The translations under genes and the position numbers were made by a program. Below are positions 46,011 to 56,065 of a DNA stretch of 64,000 nt, in pieces. The stretch spans positions 3,008,001 through 3,072,000 of the forward strand of contig CBDCJO010000002.1 of the NCBI GenBank assembly GCA_965217865.1. Reading direction: 5' to 3'. The DNA comes from Candidatus Latescibacterota bacterium (lineage in GTDB: Bacteria; Latescibacterota; UBA2968; SICM01). The notes under the pieces were generated by a model. That model was not told where the DNA came from and did no database searches. It saw nothing but the letters and a program-made list of their open reading frames with translations. Position 1 is the first letter of the stretch; the number at the start of each line of letters is the position of its first letter.

Positions 46011-47105
46011 TTACTGTTTTCGCAACTCCAGCAGTTTCTCCTGAACTTCCCCCGCCTGCTTCGTCTCGATGACCGACACGCCGCTCTTCTCACAGAATGA
46101 ACGGATCTGGTCGGGGGCAGGGCCCAGGAACAGAAGGGCGAGTTTCTGCTTGACCTTGTTCTTGATCAAAAGCTGCAGGACCGAAAGACGCTCACGGGCA
46201 TCGTCCTTACCGCCGAGGTGAATCAGGATGATGTCGTTTTTTTCCGCCTCCGAACGAATGCCAGCGGTTGAAGGCTGGACGTTCAGGTTGATGGCCTCAT
46301 CGAACTTCTTCTTGAGGGTGAAGCCGAGCTGGCGGTCGCCCACGAACAGGACGTTTGGCGGACGGGTCAGTTCCGGGTCCTTCCGATAGGCATCCGGGTT
46401 TCTGAGACGCTCGAGCATGTGCATGAGGCGCTTGTGGCGCATCAGGATCTCTTCTTGGGCGATCCGGGGAGAATAGGTCAGATCATCCACGGTCATCGCA
46501 TCTTCCATCTGCTCCGGAATGTTGGGGATGTGGATGTGGACGTATCCGGGAAAGTCCCGCATCAGGATCTCCGCGTAGGTAATTCGTCGCCAGCCGGCGT
46601 AGATGATGCCCGTGCCGTCCAGGTCCTGTTCCTCCCCGGATTCCAGGGGAGACCATTCGATCTTCTCCATCGAGAGGGTCGAGGCAATTTGCTGGAGCGG
46701 GGATTCCTCCTTGGCCAGGTCTCCGTCCAGGAGGATCCGTGTATGGGTGGGGGGTTCTTTTTTTTCCACGATTCGAGTGGCCAGATTGTTCATACGCTCC
46801 ACGCGCCTGTTGATCTCTTCATCAGGCAGGTCCGGGGAGACGAATTCATCCGCAACTTCGAACTGCTTTTCCCCGAGGGTTCGCGTGCTCGTAACGACGA
46901 TGGTGGGGATCTGGGGCAGCATGTCGGCGACCTGGCGTACGAATTCCTCCCCGGCCGTAAAATCTACCAACACACAACCGGTCTGAGGCCGCTCATCGCC
47001 GAGGTCGTCGCAGTCGATCCCCTCGCCGTTCAGCAGCGTGGAGACTTTGCTGAGGGGAGTATTGGCTTCATTGCTTCCCGTCCGATAGACCTGTAGGTAG
47101 CCCAT
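46011..47105 (-). CDS. Hypothetical protein with degenerate receiver-like alpha/beta modules
   Basis: CVLVD…IPTIVVT…ADEFVSP…EEI..RV and a similar second unit; no canonical phosphorylation pocket. Confidence 0.6.
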   Translation of the reverse strand: MGYLQVYRTGSNEANTPLSKVSTLLNGEGIDCDDLGDERPQTGCVLVDFTAGEEFVRQVADMLPQIPTIVVTSTRTLGEKQFEVADEFVSPDLPDEEINRRVERMNNLATRIVEKKEPPTHTRILLDGDLAKEESPLQQIASTLSMEKIEWSPLESGEEQDLDGTGIIYAGWRRITYAEILMRDFPGYVHIHIPNIPEQMEDAMTVDDLTYSPRIAQEEILMRHKRLMHMLERLRNPDAYRKDPELTRPPNVLFVGDRQLGFTLKKKFDEAINLNVQPSTAGIRSEAEKNDIILIHLGGKDDARERLSVLQLLIKNKVKQKLALLFLGPAPDQIRSFCEKSGVSVIETKQAGEVQEKLLELRKQ

Positions 47106-47214
47106 GGGAACCTCGATATAAGTCCGAGTCTTGAATCTCGGATCGATTTAAGGGTGGTTTAATTATTGAGTTTAGCGAATCGAAGGTCCGGTGTCAACGG
47201 ATAAATCGGGAGGT

Positions 47215-48237
47215 TTAAAAACTTCCCGTTCTGGATTCGTAGTTCGTGGGTTTATTCAGGGTCCTCCCCCCACACATCACCCATCGGGCGGCCCACTCCA
47301 CGATCGTGCCGGGAGATACCGCGGGTGGACCGAAAGCCCTGAGGCATTCGGTCGCATCTCCCAGAAGGGCGGTGTCGTGCTCCACCCCAACGAAGATCGG
47401 CTCGACCCCCATGATCGCGCCAAGATCCGTCGCGATCTCCCGGACCGAGAGGATCTCGGATCCGGTCAGGTTGATAATCCGTGCCGGGCTTTCGCACAGA
47501 GGGAAACATCGGGCCAAGCATGCGGTTGCATCCCCTTGCCAGATCTGGTTGACGTGACCCGTTGATAGGTCTACCGGTTTCCGGTTCCAGACCCTCTCGG
47601 CGATATCTATGATGATCCCGTAGCGTAATTCCGTGGCGTAGAAGAGCCTGACGATAACGACGGGGGTCTGATTACGCTCCGCGTAGAACTGCACCGCCCG
47701 TTCTCCCCCCAGACGGGATTGGGCATATTCGCCGATCGGTCCGAGCGGATCGGTCTCTTTCGCTCCGTTCCCGCTAACATCGCCGAAGCGATAGACGTTT
47801 CCTGAGGAGACGTAGACAATCCGAGATTTTGGAAAACGCTGCAAGACCCTTGCCGGCAACTGGGCATTCATCGCCCATGTATAGGGCTCATTGGCGGCAG
47901 ATCCGAATTTAAACCCGGCCATCAAAAAGATATGCCCGGTCTCCGGGAGGGACTCCAGGGCGCCATCGTCCAGGAGGTCGCATTTTATGGTTTCAACTCT
48001 CGCGGCCTCCAGGGCAACTCGATTCCCGGGTTGAGAAAATCGAGAGACACCGATAACGCTCCGGGCGCCTGCCCGGACCAGGAGTTCCCCAAGGGACGGC
48101 CCCATCTTTCCGCCAACGCCGAGAATCATCAGGTCGTCATCGATCCCCGAGACGGCAGACAAGACTTCAGGCGAGGGGGTGGTCATCAGGTTGATGAGCG
48201 CTCTTTCATCTTCGATCGGAGGAAATATTGTGTTCAC
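47215..48237 (-). CDS. NAD-dependent epimerase/dehydratase
   Basis: ILGVGGKMG, SSGNVY, GEYAQSRLGGE. Confidence 0.9.
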   Translation of the reverse strand: MNTIFPPIEDERALINLMTTPSPEVLSAVSGIDDDLMILGVGGKMGPSLGELLVRAGARSVIGVSRFSQPGNRVALEAARVETIKCDLLDDGALESLPETGHIFLMAGFKFGSAANEPYTWAMNAQLPARVLQRFPKSRIVYVSSGNVYRFGDVSGNGAKETDPLGPIGEYAQSRLGGERAVQFYAERNQTPVVIVRLFYATELRYGIIIDIAERVWNRKPVDLSTGHVNQIWQGDATACLARCFPLCESPARIINLTGSEILSVREIATDLGAIMGVEPIFVGVEHDTALLGDATECLRAFGPPAVSPGTIVEWAARWVMCGGRTLNKPTNYESRTGSF

Positions 48238-48395
48238 GGCCGGACCTTTGCGAGAACAAAACCTGGATTAATCTTGAACGGGGAAGCACCAACAAGATAA
48301 ATATAGGTACACACTTGGGGTGGATCAAGCCTCATTCAGTTTCAACCCGATAGGACTATCGGTCCCCCTTCGGGCAACACCTGGATTCCAGGGTG

Positions 48396-48433
48396 AAAAA
48401 AAACAGGCACCCGATTCAACCTCCGGGTGCCTG
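48396..48433 (-). terminator. Rho-independent terminator of dnaK
   Basis: CAGGCACCCG/CGGGTGCCTG stem plus T8 on the minus strand. Confidence 0.85.
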
Positions 48434-48458
48434 AATTGTTGATCGCGATTTCATTAGA

Positions 48459-50381
48459 TCAGTCGACCACTTCGAAATCCGCATCCACGGCCTTGTCTTT
48501 TCCGGTCTTTTTGTCCTGACCGCCGGGTTCGGGACCCGTCTGAGGGCCAGGCTCCTCAGACGCTCCGGGATCGGCCTGTTCGGAGGCCTGCTTGTAGAGC
48601 TCGCCGGCCAGTCCGTGCCAGACCTGGTTCAAGGCCTCGGAGGCCGATTTGATCTCTTCGTTGTTCGTGCCCTTCAGGGCTTCCTTTACCCGTCCAATGG
48701 CCGCTTCCAGCTTGGCCTTGGATTCCGCGCTCAGCTTGTCTCCCAGCTCTTCGAGCTGTTTCTCAGTCTGATAAACCTGCTGGTCCGCCTGGTTCCGGAT
48801 TTCGATCCCCTCACGCTTCTGTTTGTCCTCCGCGGCGTGCGTTTTGGCGTCGTTCACCATTCTCTCGATCTCCTCTTCGGACAACCCGGAAGAGGCCTCG
48901 ATTCTGATATTCTGCTCCTTTCCCGTGGCTTTGTCCTTGGCGGAGACATTCAGAATGCCGTTGGCGTCGATGTCGAACGCGACCTCGATCTGAGGCATTC
49001 CCCTTGGGGCGGGCGGGATGCCGTCCAGGTGGAACCTGCCGAGCGTCCGGCTGTCCTGGGCCATCTCTCGCTCCCCCTGGAGAATGTGTATTTCAACGCC
49101 AGGCTGATTGTCGGCCGCCGTGGAGAATATCTGTTCCCTTTTCGTCGGGATGGTTGTGTTCCTTTCGATCAACTTCGTCATCACCCCGCCGAGGGTCTCA
49201 ATTCCAAAGGAAAGCGGTGTCACGTCCAACAGGACGACGTCCTTGACTTCGCCCGTCAGGACGGCCCCCTGGATGGCCGCCCCCACGGCCACGACTTCGT
49301 CCGGATTCACGCCTCTGTGAGGTTCCCTGTCGAAGAGATCCTTGACGACCTCCTGCACTTTGGGCATCCGGGTCATTCCGCCGACCAGCACCACCTCATT
49401 AATCTTGGATGGGTCAATCTTTGCGTCTTGGAGGGCTTTGATACACGGGCCTTTGGTTCGGTCGACGAGGTGGTCGACCAGCTGTTCGAGTTTCGCCCGA
49501 GTCATCGTGATGTTCATGTGCTTCGGGCCACTGGCGTCCGCGGTGATAAAGGGGAGATTCACCTCGGTTTGCATCGAGGAGGAGAGTTCGATTTTGGCCT
49601 TCTCGGCCGCCTCTTTCAAGCGCTGATGGGCCATCGGGTCGTTTTTCAGGTCCACACCGTTTTCCCGTTTGAACTCCTCGGCGAGCCAGTCGATGATCTC
49701 CTCATCAAAGTCATCCCCGCCCAAATGGGTGTCCCCATTGGTTGAGAGCACTTCGAAGACCCCATCTCCGATATCGAGTATCGAAACGTCGAAGGTCCCC
49801 CCGCCCAGGTCATATACGGCGATCTTCTCATCCTTCTTTTTATCCAGGCCGTATGCCAGCGAAGCCGCAGTCGGCTCGTTGATGATTCGAAGCACTTCCA
49901 GCCCGGCGATTTTTCCAGCGTCCTTTGTCGCTTGCCGCTGGCTGTCGTTGAAGTAGGCCGGGACGGTTACGACCGCTTGCGTAACCTTCTCGCCGAGATA
50001 GTCCTCGGCCGTTTGTCTCATCTTTTGCAGGATGATCGCGGAGATCTCGGGTGGCGTATAGTCCTTTCCGTCCGCTTCCACCACGGCCAGGTTATTGATC
50101 CCACCCTTCACTTTGTAGGGGACTTCTTTGATCTCCCGCTCGACCTCTCCGGATCGACGCCCCATAAACCTTTTAATCGAAAAGATCGTGTTCTGCGGGT
50201 TTGTGATCCCCTGTCGCTTGGCCACCTGGCCCACCAGGCGCTCCCCATTTTTTGCGAATGCGACGATCGAGGGCGTGGTGCGTGAGCCCTCCGAGCTGGA
50301 GATGACCGAGGGCTCCCCGCCTTCGGTCACGGCCACACAGGAGTTGGTTGTCCCCAGATCAATGCCGATAACTTTTCCCAT
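48459..50381 (-). CDS. dnaK: Molecular chaperone DnaK
   Basis: [39 protein letters not shown]. Confidence 0.99.
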   Translation of the reverse strand: MGKVIGIDLGTTNSCVAVTEGGEPSVISSSEGSRTTPSIVAFAKNGERLVGQVAKRQGITNPQNTIFSIKRFMGRRSGEVEREIKEVPYKVKGGINNLAVVEADGKDYTPPEISAIILQKMRQTAEDYLGEKVTQAVVTVPAYFNDSQRQATKDAGKIAGLEVLRIINEPTAASLAYGLDKKKDEKIAVYDLGGGTFDVSILDIGDGVFEVLSTNGDTHLGGDDFDEEIIDWLAEEFKRENGVDLKNDPMAHQRLKEAAEKAKIELSSSMQTEVNLPFITADASGPKHMNITMTRAKLEQLVDHLVDRTKGPCIKALQDAKIDPSKINEVVLVGGMTRMPKVQEVVKDLFDREPHRGVNPDEVVAVGAAIQGAVLTGEVKDVVLLDVTPLSFGIETLGGVMTKLIERNTTIPTKREQIFSTAADNQPGVEIHILQGEREMAQDSRTLGRFHLDGIPPAPRGMPQIEVAFDIDANGILNVSAKDKATGKEQNIRIEASSGLSEEEIERMVNDAKTHAAEDKQKREGIEIRNQADQQVYQTEKQLEELGDKLSAESKAKLEAAIGRVKEALKGTNNEEIKSASEALNQVWHGLAGELYKQASEQADPGASEEPGPQTGPEPGGQDKKTGKDKAVDADFEVVD

Positions 50382-50550
50382 AGAATTTTTTCAGCGCAGA
50401 CCGGCCGCCTACTTCCTCCATTCGGGGTTCATTGTTGCGACACTTTTCATTTCGAAGGCTACAAGGTTCATCAGGACTGGCCTCAAAGCTAATCAATTCG
50501 CGTTGAAACGTCAAGGGAATCGAAGTCCGGTTCTCGGACGGTCCTTGACT

Positions 50551-51414
50551 TTAAGAACCGCTCTCGGTTTCGAGATACGGCCTGAGTCGACGGGCCCGGC
50601 CTGCGTGCCTCAGCTTCCCGATAGCGATCTCCTTGATCTGCCTGACCCGTTCCCTTGTGATGCCGAGATGCGCACCGATTTGCTCGAGTGACCAGCCCTC
50701 TCCACCCTCAAGGCCGAAGTAGAGACGAAGGATTTTCGATTCCCTGTCCTTCAAGGCGTCCAGTGCGGTCGAGATGGCCTCCTGCATCCGCCTCTGGTCA
50801 ATGTCATCGACAATGGATTCGTGAGCGGGGTCGGCCAGGGTGTGAAAAAGGGATCCCCCCGATTCCTCCTCGAAGGGTTCGTCGAGGGAGAGGGTGGAAC
50901 GGCTATCGAGGAGTGTCCGCTCGACTTGATTGACTGTGACCCCCAATTCCTCCGCGATTTCAGCGGGCCCCGGGTCGCCATTGTGCTTTTGTTGGAGGCC
51001 AGAAACGGATTTTGAGATGCGGGTCAAAAGATCAAACCGATTGACGGGAAGACGAACGGTACGCTTTCCCATCAGAGACTGAAGCATGGCCTGGCGGACC
51101 CACCAAACCGCATAGGAAATGAACCTGTAACCCTGCTTTTCATCGAAGCGCTCTGCGGCCGTCAAGAGACCCAGGTTTCCGGAGCTGATCAACTCACCCA
51201 ACGACAACCCGCGGCCCCGGTATTCAAGTGCGATCCGGATGACAAATCGGAGATTCGCTTGAACCAGTTTATTCCTGGCTGCGAGGTCTCCCTTTTGGAT
51301 TCGTCGCGCTAACTTGGTTTCCTGGTCGGAGGAGAGCGGGTTGGAGTCCGCGATGTCCTTCATGTAGCGAATCAGGGATCTTTCGATCCCGTTTTTGGCT
51401 TCAAGGGTCTTCAT
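50551..51414 (-). CDS. Sigma70-family RNA polymerase sigma factor (short RpoD/RpoS/RpoH-like)
   Basis: LVQANLRFV, GNLGL..AAERFD…GYRFISYAVWW, ITRERVRQI. Confidence 0.93.
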   Translation of the reverse strand: MKTLEAKNGIERSLIRYMKDIADSNPLSSDQETKLARRIQKGDLAARNKLVQANLRFVIRIALEYRGRGLSLGELISSGNLGLLTAAERFDEKQGYRFISYAVWWVRQAMLQSLMGKRTVRLPVNRFDLLTRISKSVSGLQQKHNGDPGPAEIAEELGVTVNQVERTLLDSRSTLSLDEPFEEESGGSLFHTLADPAHESIVDDIDQRRMQEAISTALDALKDRESKILRLYFGLEGGEGWSLEQIGAHLGITRERVRQIKEIAIGKLRHAGRARRLRPYLETESGS

Positions 51415-51555
51415 CCTGTCTCATTTCATGATGAATGAATCATAAAAAAATATGGTTTTCAACAGGTGTATGGCTCTATGTCGATAGTCAGTAAACATCC
51501 GGGGGGCGGCGAACCCGCCCCCCGGTCCCCTCACGCGACACGATCCGCGCAGGAC

Positions 51556-52014
51556 TTACTTAACTTCCACCGCAATCTGGCGGGGTTTCGCCTCCTCGAC
51601 CTTGGGCAATGTCAGGCGGAGCACGCCATCTTTGTATGTGGCCTTGATCTCATCCGCCACCACGGTGGCAGACAGTCTGAACGATCGGGAGAAGGATCCA
51701 TAGGTTCGTTCCAAGCGGTGTAAGTTGTCTTTTTCCGACTTCTCCTCCCGCTTCCTCTCACCGCTGAAGGTCAGGACATTGTCCGCCACATTGACCTTGA
51801 TACCGTCCTTGTTGACCCCCGGCAGGTCGGCTGTGACGATCAGCTCGTTTTCGGTCTCTGCGATATCGACCGATGGACTCCAAATCCCTCGGAGTTCGTC
51901 TCCATCGAAGAAAGGTCGATCGAGCAGATGGTCGAAGATCCGACTCACTTCGTTCTGGATGTCCCAGTCCCGGGGGTGGAAACTACTCGTTGGTCGCCAT
52001 CGTACGAGTGACAT
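51556..52014 (-). CDS. Hsp20/alpha-crystallin small heat shock protein
   Basis: PSVDI.E, DLPGV, ERTYGSFSRSF.L, A.YKDGVL.LTLPK. Confidence 0.96.
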   Translation of the reverse strand: MSLVRWRPTSSFHPRDWDIQNEVSRIFDHLLDRPFFDGDELRGIWSPSVDIAETENELIVTADLPGVNKDGIKVNVADNVLTFSGERKREEKSEKDNLHRLERTYGSFSRSFRLSATVVADEIKATYKDGVLRLTLPKVEEAKPRQIAVEVK

Positions 52015-52113
52015 GGTGTCATACCTCCTTAATAATCTTAGATTTTTATGTTGTCTGATAGCTTTCGAAAGATGAGCCCACCGGTGACTCTTTTGCGCTC
52101 ACTGATTGGATAT

Positions 52114-52129
52114 TGCAATTCATATGCCA
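52114..52129 (-). promoter_or_regulatory. Sigma54 (-24/-12) promoter upstream of hsp20
   Basis: TGGCATATGAATTGCA fits GG-N10-GC; IHF-consensus TATCAATCAATTA at 52159-52171. Confidence 0.75.
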
Positions 52130-52297
52130 AAGACCACAAATCAATATATATTGAGGTTTATCAATCAATTAAGTTCAAGATTGAATTCGACAAGGCGCCG
52201 GAGAATGCTGCCATAACGGCAGCAAGGGTGCAATGTGGCCGAGGATTTCAGGAACTTCTGACGGTCTGCCTGCCAAGAAGTGATAATCCAACAGGGT

Positions 52298-52334
52298 AAA
52301 AAGAAGCCCTCCTGACCTCATCGTTCAGGAGGGC
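52298..52334 (-). terminator. Rho-independent terminator of the iscS-moeB operon
   Basis: GCCCTCCTGA/TCAGGAGGGC stem plus TTCTTTTT on the minus strand. Confidence 0.75.
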
Positions 52335-52358
52335 GCGTTCATAAGAGGAAGGAGCGGG

Positions 52359-53528
52359 CTAGTCCGCAGCATCGGTTCGCCGGGGGGGGAGTCCGCAGAA
52401 CTGTTCGTAATCGATCAATTGCGTGACGGTGGGGTTGTCACCGCAGACCGGGCATTCGGGATTTCGGCGTACCTTCAGGGTGCGGAAGGTCATTTCCAGG
52501 GCGTCGTATATCATCAATCGACCGATAAGGGGTTGGCCCTTTCCGATGATGAGTTTGATGGCCTCTGTTGCCTGCACGAGGCCGATCATCCCTGGGAGAA
52601 CTCCCAGAACCCCTGCATCCGCACAGCTGGGGACCATCCCCGGGGGAGGGGGCTCCGGGTAGAGGCAGCGGTAGCAGGGTCCTTCACCGGGTGCGTAGAC
52701 CGTTGCCTGTCCCTCGAATCTGTAAATGCTGCCGTCCACGATGGTTTTTTTCTCAAAGACGCAAGCGTCGTTCAGGAGGTATCTGGTCGGGAAGTTGTCG
52801 CACCCGTTGATGATGATGTCATAACCCCGGATGATATCCAATGCGTTTTCGGACGACAGCCGAGTCTGGTAGGGCCGGATGTTGCAGCCGGGGTTCAGTT
52901 CAGACATGGTTTCGATCGCGGACTGCGTCTTTGGACGACCCAGGTCCGATGTCCCGTGGAGGACCTGCCGCTGGAGATTGGAAAGATCGACGTAGTCGGC
53001 ATCAACGATTCCGATGGTTCCGACACCGGCTGCGGCGAGATAGAGCCCGGTCGGACATCCGAGGCCCCCCGCCCCAACCAGGAGGACCCGGGCATCTAAA
53101 AGACTGGCCTGACCCTTTTCACCCACTTCCGGTACCATGAAGTGACGGGCGTATCGCTGCATCTGTTCAGGATTGAATGATCGTTCCTTCACGGTGGGCA
53201 ACCCATCCCCCGACCACCCTTCGTACCCATCGGACATCGACGAAACATCGGAGTAACCCATCAGCTTAAGGGTTTTCGCGGCCAACGCGGATCGTATTCC
53301 GTTGTCGCCATAAACGACGATGGGCGCGGACCGATCGGCCACGTTGTTCTCAATCTGCAACTCCAAAAATCCTCTTGGGAGGTTTATCGCGCCCGGGAGA
53401 TGCCCATCGATGTACTCCTCCCGTTCCCTGATATCGATGATGACAAGATCCGTTTGCGTATTCAGCCTCGCGTTAACCTCCCGCGAGTGGGTTTCCTGGT
53501 GCGTATTCTCATCGTTTGATTTACGCAT
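52359..53528 (-). CDS. moeB: Rhodanese-MoeB/ThiF adenylyltransferase fusion
   Basis: N-terminal DIRE..E…GHLPGA; RYARH, GAGGLG, SNLQRQ, CYRCL, CPVCG. Confidence 0.93.
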   Translation of the reverse strand: MRKSNDENTHQETHSREVNARLNTQTDLVIIDIREREEYIDGHLPGAINLPRGFLELQIENNVADRSAPIVVYGDNGIRSALAAKTLKLMGYSDVSSMSDGYEGWSGDGLPTVKERSFNPEQMQRYARHFMVPEVGEKGQASLLDARVLLVGAGGLGCPTGLYLAAAGVGTIGIVDADYVDLSNLQRQVLHGTSDLGRPKTQSAIETMSELNPGCNIRPYQTRLSSENALDIIRGYDIIINGCDNFPTRYLLNDACVFEKKTIVDGSIYRFEGQATVYAPGEGPCYRCLYPEPPPPGMVPSCADAGVLGVLPGMIGLVQATEAIKLIIGKGQPLIGRLMIYDALEMTFRTLKVRRNPECPVCGDNPTVTQLIDYEQFCGLPPRRTDAAD

Positions 53529-53619
53529 TCGAAAACTCCTTAAGAGAGAGGTGCCGAGATTACCCCGCCTTTTGGTTTGGGCGGGGAGTTTCGTGTGACG
53601 TCAGGGACTTCCGAACACG

Positions 53620-53922
53620 TCAAACCTCAACCATGACATCGGTTCCCTGCACCTGGACGGGATAGGTCTCGACGCAGATCGTCGCGTCCATTTGACAACC
53701 TCCCGTCTTGACATTGTACTCCCAACCGTGCCAGGGACAGGTGACGATTTCGGCCTCCAGGTCGCCTTCTCCCAGTGGACCGCCCAGATGCTTGCAAGTG
53801 TTATCGATAGCGTAGTAGGTTCCACCCAGGTTAAAAAGGGCGATCTCCTTTCCGTCGGCCGTTACGACCGATCCCGTGCCTGGATCGATTTCCTCTACCG
53901 TCGCAACCTTGACCAGGGCCAT
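53620..53922 (-). CDS. Rieske [2Fe-2S] ferredoxin
   Basis: CKH…CPWHGW. Confidence 0.93.
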   Translation of the reverse strand: MALVKVATVEEIDPGTGSVVTADGKEIALFNLGGTYYAIDNTCKHLGGPLGEGDLEAEIVTCPWHGWEYNVKTGGCQMDATICVETYPVQVQGTDVMVEV

Positions 53923-53940
53923 GCTGTTCCTCCTTCGTGT

Positions 53941-54744
53941 TCAGTCCGCCGTAATTTGCTCGAGAAGCTTTTTTGCGATATCCCCGAATACCCGGGCTTC
54001 ATCCGAATCCGGGTCAGACGCAGTCACCGGGATCCCCTCATCGCCGCTCTGACGAATCAACGGGTTGATCGGGAGCTGGCCCAACAACGGGACCCTGAAC
54101 TTTTCGCTGATGTCGAGGCCCCCTCCCCTCCCAAAGACTTCCGTCCGTTCACCGCAGCAAGGACAGGTGAAGCCGCTCATGTTCTCGACCACCCCGAGTA
54201 CCGGTACATCCAGTTTTCCGAACATCTCCACACCCCTTCGAACGTCTTCCAAGGCCACGTCCTGAGGGGTGGTCACAATCACAGCGCCGCTGACTTTCGC
54301 GGACTGCACCAAGGTTAACGAAGCGTCTCCCGTGCCCGGGGGCATGTCCACAAGCAAACAATCCAGGTTTCCCCAGGCCACTTCAACCATAAACTTCTGG
54401 ATCATCTGGGAGACGAGCGGACCTCGCCAGACCACGGGGGTTTGATCGTTGGCGATCAGTCCGATCGACATGAATTTGATGCCGTGACGTTCCGCAGGGA
54501 CGACCTTGCCGTTTGAGAAGGCGGGTTCCGACCGCACACCCATCATGATGTGCATGCTCGGACCGTAGATATCCGCGTCCAGGAGGCCAACCCGCGCCCC
54601 CGTCCGCCCCATGGCCACGGCCAGATTCGCGCTGACGGTCGATTTTCCCACGCCTCCTTTACAGCTCGCGACCGAGAGCACGGATCGTATATCCGGGACC
54701 AGGTTCCGATATTCGACTGGCCGTATGGGTGCGGTTCGGGCCAC
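53941..54744 (-). CDS. apbC: Mrp/NBP35 (ApbC) Fe-S carrier ATPase
   Basis: SCKGGVGKST, DADIYGPS, DMPPGTGD, VTTPQ, VENMS.F.CPCC. Confidence 0.93.
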   Translation of the reverse strand: MARTAPIRPVEYRNLVPDIRSVLSVASCKGGVGKSTVSANLAVAMGRTGARVGLLDADIYGPSMHIMMGVRSEPAFSNGKVVPAERHGIKFMSIGLIANDQTPVVWRGPLVSQMIQKFMVEVAWGNLDCLLVDMPPGTGDASLTLVQSAKVSGAVIVTTPQDVALEDVRRGVEMFGKLDVPVLGVVENMSGFTCPCCGERTEVFGRGGGLDISEKFRVPLLGQLPINPLIRQSGDEGIPVTASDPDSDEARVFGDIAKKLLEQITAD

Positions 54745-54745
54745 C

Positions 54746-55975
54746 TCAGGTCACCCCCGCTTCGTCCATGGCCTTCTCCCCTTGGGGCCTCCCCGATCGA
54801 GGGGAGACTTCCCGAAGCCTCTCGACCTCCTGAATCACACGTTTCGCCGCGTAGTCGACCTCTTCCCGTGTGTTGAATCGTCCCAGACCGAACCGCAGAC
54901 TGTTATGCGCCAGATCCCTGCCGACGCCCATGGCGCGCAGGACATAGGAGGGTTGCACCGTCGCCGAAGTGCAGGCAGAGCCGGATGAAAGTGCGATCTC
55001 TTTGAGCCCCAACAGCAACAATTCCCCTTCCACATCATCGAAGCTGAGATTGAGGTTTCCAGGCAGACGATCCTCTGGATGACCGTTGAGGTAGACATCC
55101 GGCAACTTCCCGACGATACCCGCTTTGAGACGGTCCCGCAAGGCCTTTATCATTTTACCCTCCGATGCCATCTCCCCTTTGCAGATCTCACAGGCCTTCC
55201 CCAGACCCACGATTCCCGGGACGTTTAGCGATCCACTCCGGATCCCCCGTTCATGGCCACCCCCGTCGATCTGAGCGGAGATACGGGCCCTGGGCCTGCG
55301 GCTCCGAAGATAGAGCGCGCCCACGCCTTTCGGACCGTATATTTTATGCCCCGAAAGGCTTAACAGGTCCACCCCCATCCGGTCCACGTGGACATCGACT
55401 TTTCCCACTGCCTGGGCCGCATCGGAGTGAAACAGAACGCCTTTCTCCTTGCAGACCTTACCGATCGCCTCCATCTGCTGCAGCGTCCCAACCTCATTAT
55501 TGGCGACCATAATCGTTACGAGGATGGTTTTGTCCGAAATGGTTTCCCTCACCTGCTCGGCTTCCACTCGTCCAAATCTGTCGACCGGAAGATAGGTCAC
55601 TCGATAACCCCGACTCTCCAGGGATTTGCACGCATCCAGGACGGCCCTGTGCTCGGTCACTTGCGTGACGATGTGGTCCCCGCGATCCCGGTAGAATTCG
55701 CAAACGCCTTTGATAGCCAGGTTGTTCGCCTCGGTCGCCCCGCTCGTGAACACAATCTCCTTGGGGGACGCCCCGATCATTCCGCTGACCTCTTCCCTGG
55801 AAAGTTCCACGGCGGCGTCGGCCTCCCAGCCGAACCGGTGAGTGCGGGATGCCGCATTGCCGAACCGTTCGGAAAAAAAGGGAAGGATCGCGTCTAACAC
55901 CTTGGAGTCCACGGGCGTCGTCGCATGACAGTCCATGTATATAGGTAACTTTATCAAAGCGATGTCCTTCGCCAA
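54746..55975 (-). CDS. iscS: Cysteine desulfurase, IscS type
   Basis: HATTP, FTSGATEANN, SGHKIYGPKG, SSGSACTS. Confidence 0.95.
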   Translation of the reverse strand: MAKDIALIKLPIYMDCHATTPVDSKVLDAILPFFSERFGNAASRTHRFGWEADAAVELSREEVSGMIGASPKEIVFTSGATEANNLAIKGVCEFYRDRGDHIVTQVTEHRAVLDACKSLESRGYRVTYLPVDRFGRVEAEQVRETISDKTILVTIMVANNEVGTLQQMEAIGKVCKEKGVLFHSDAAQAVGKVDVHVDRMGVDLLSLSGHKIYGPKGVGALYLRSRRPRARISAQIDGGGHERGIRSGSLNVPGIVGLGKACEICKGEMASEGKMIKALRDRLKAGIVGKLPDVYLNGHPEDRLPGNLNLSFDDVEGELLLLGLKEIALSSGSACTSATVQPSYVLRAMGVGRDLAHNSLRFGLGRFNTREEVDYAAKRVIQEVERLREVSPRSGRPQGEKAMDEAGVT

Positions 55976-56065
55976 GGCCGCAGGAATAACATTAAGGGAT
56001 AAAATTATAATAACGAATTCATGTTTGGCGTCAAGACGGATTTTTCTTCGCCGGATTTTCGCCTC

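Noticed and set aside
50382-50550. CIRCE/HrcA operator upstream of dnaK
   Set aside because: TTAGCACTC-N9-GAGTGCTAA not present
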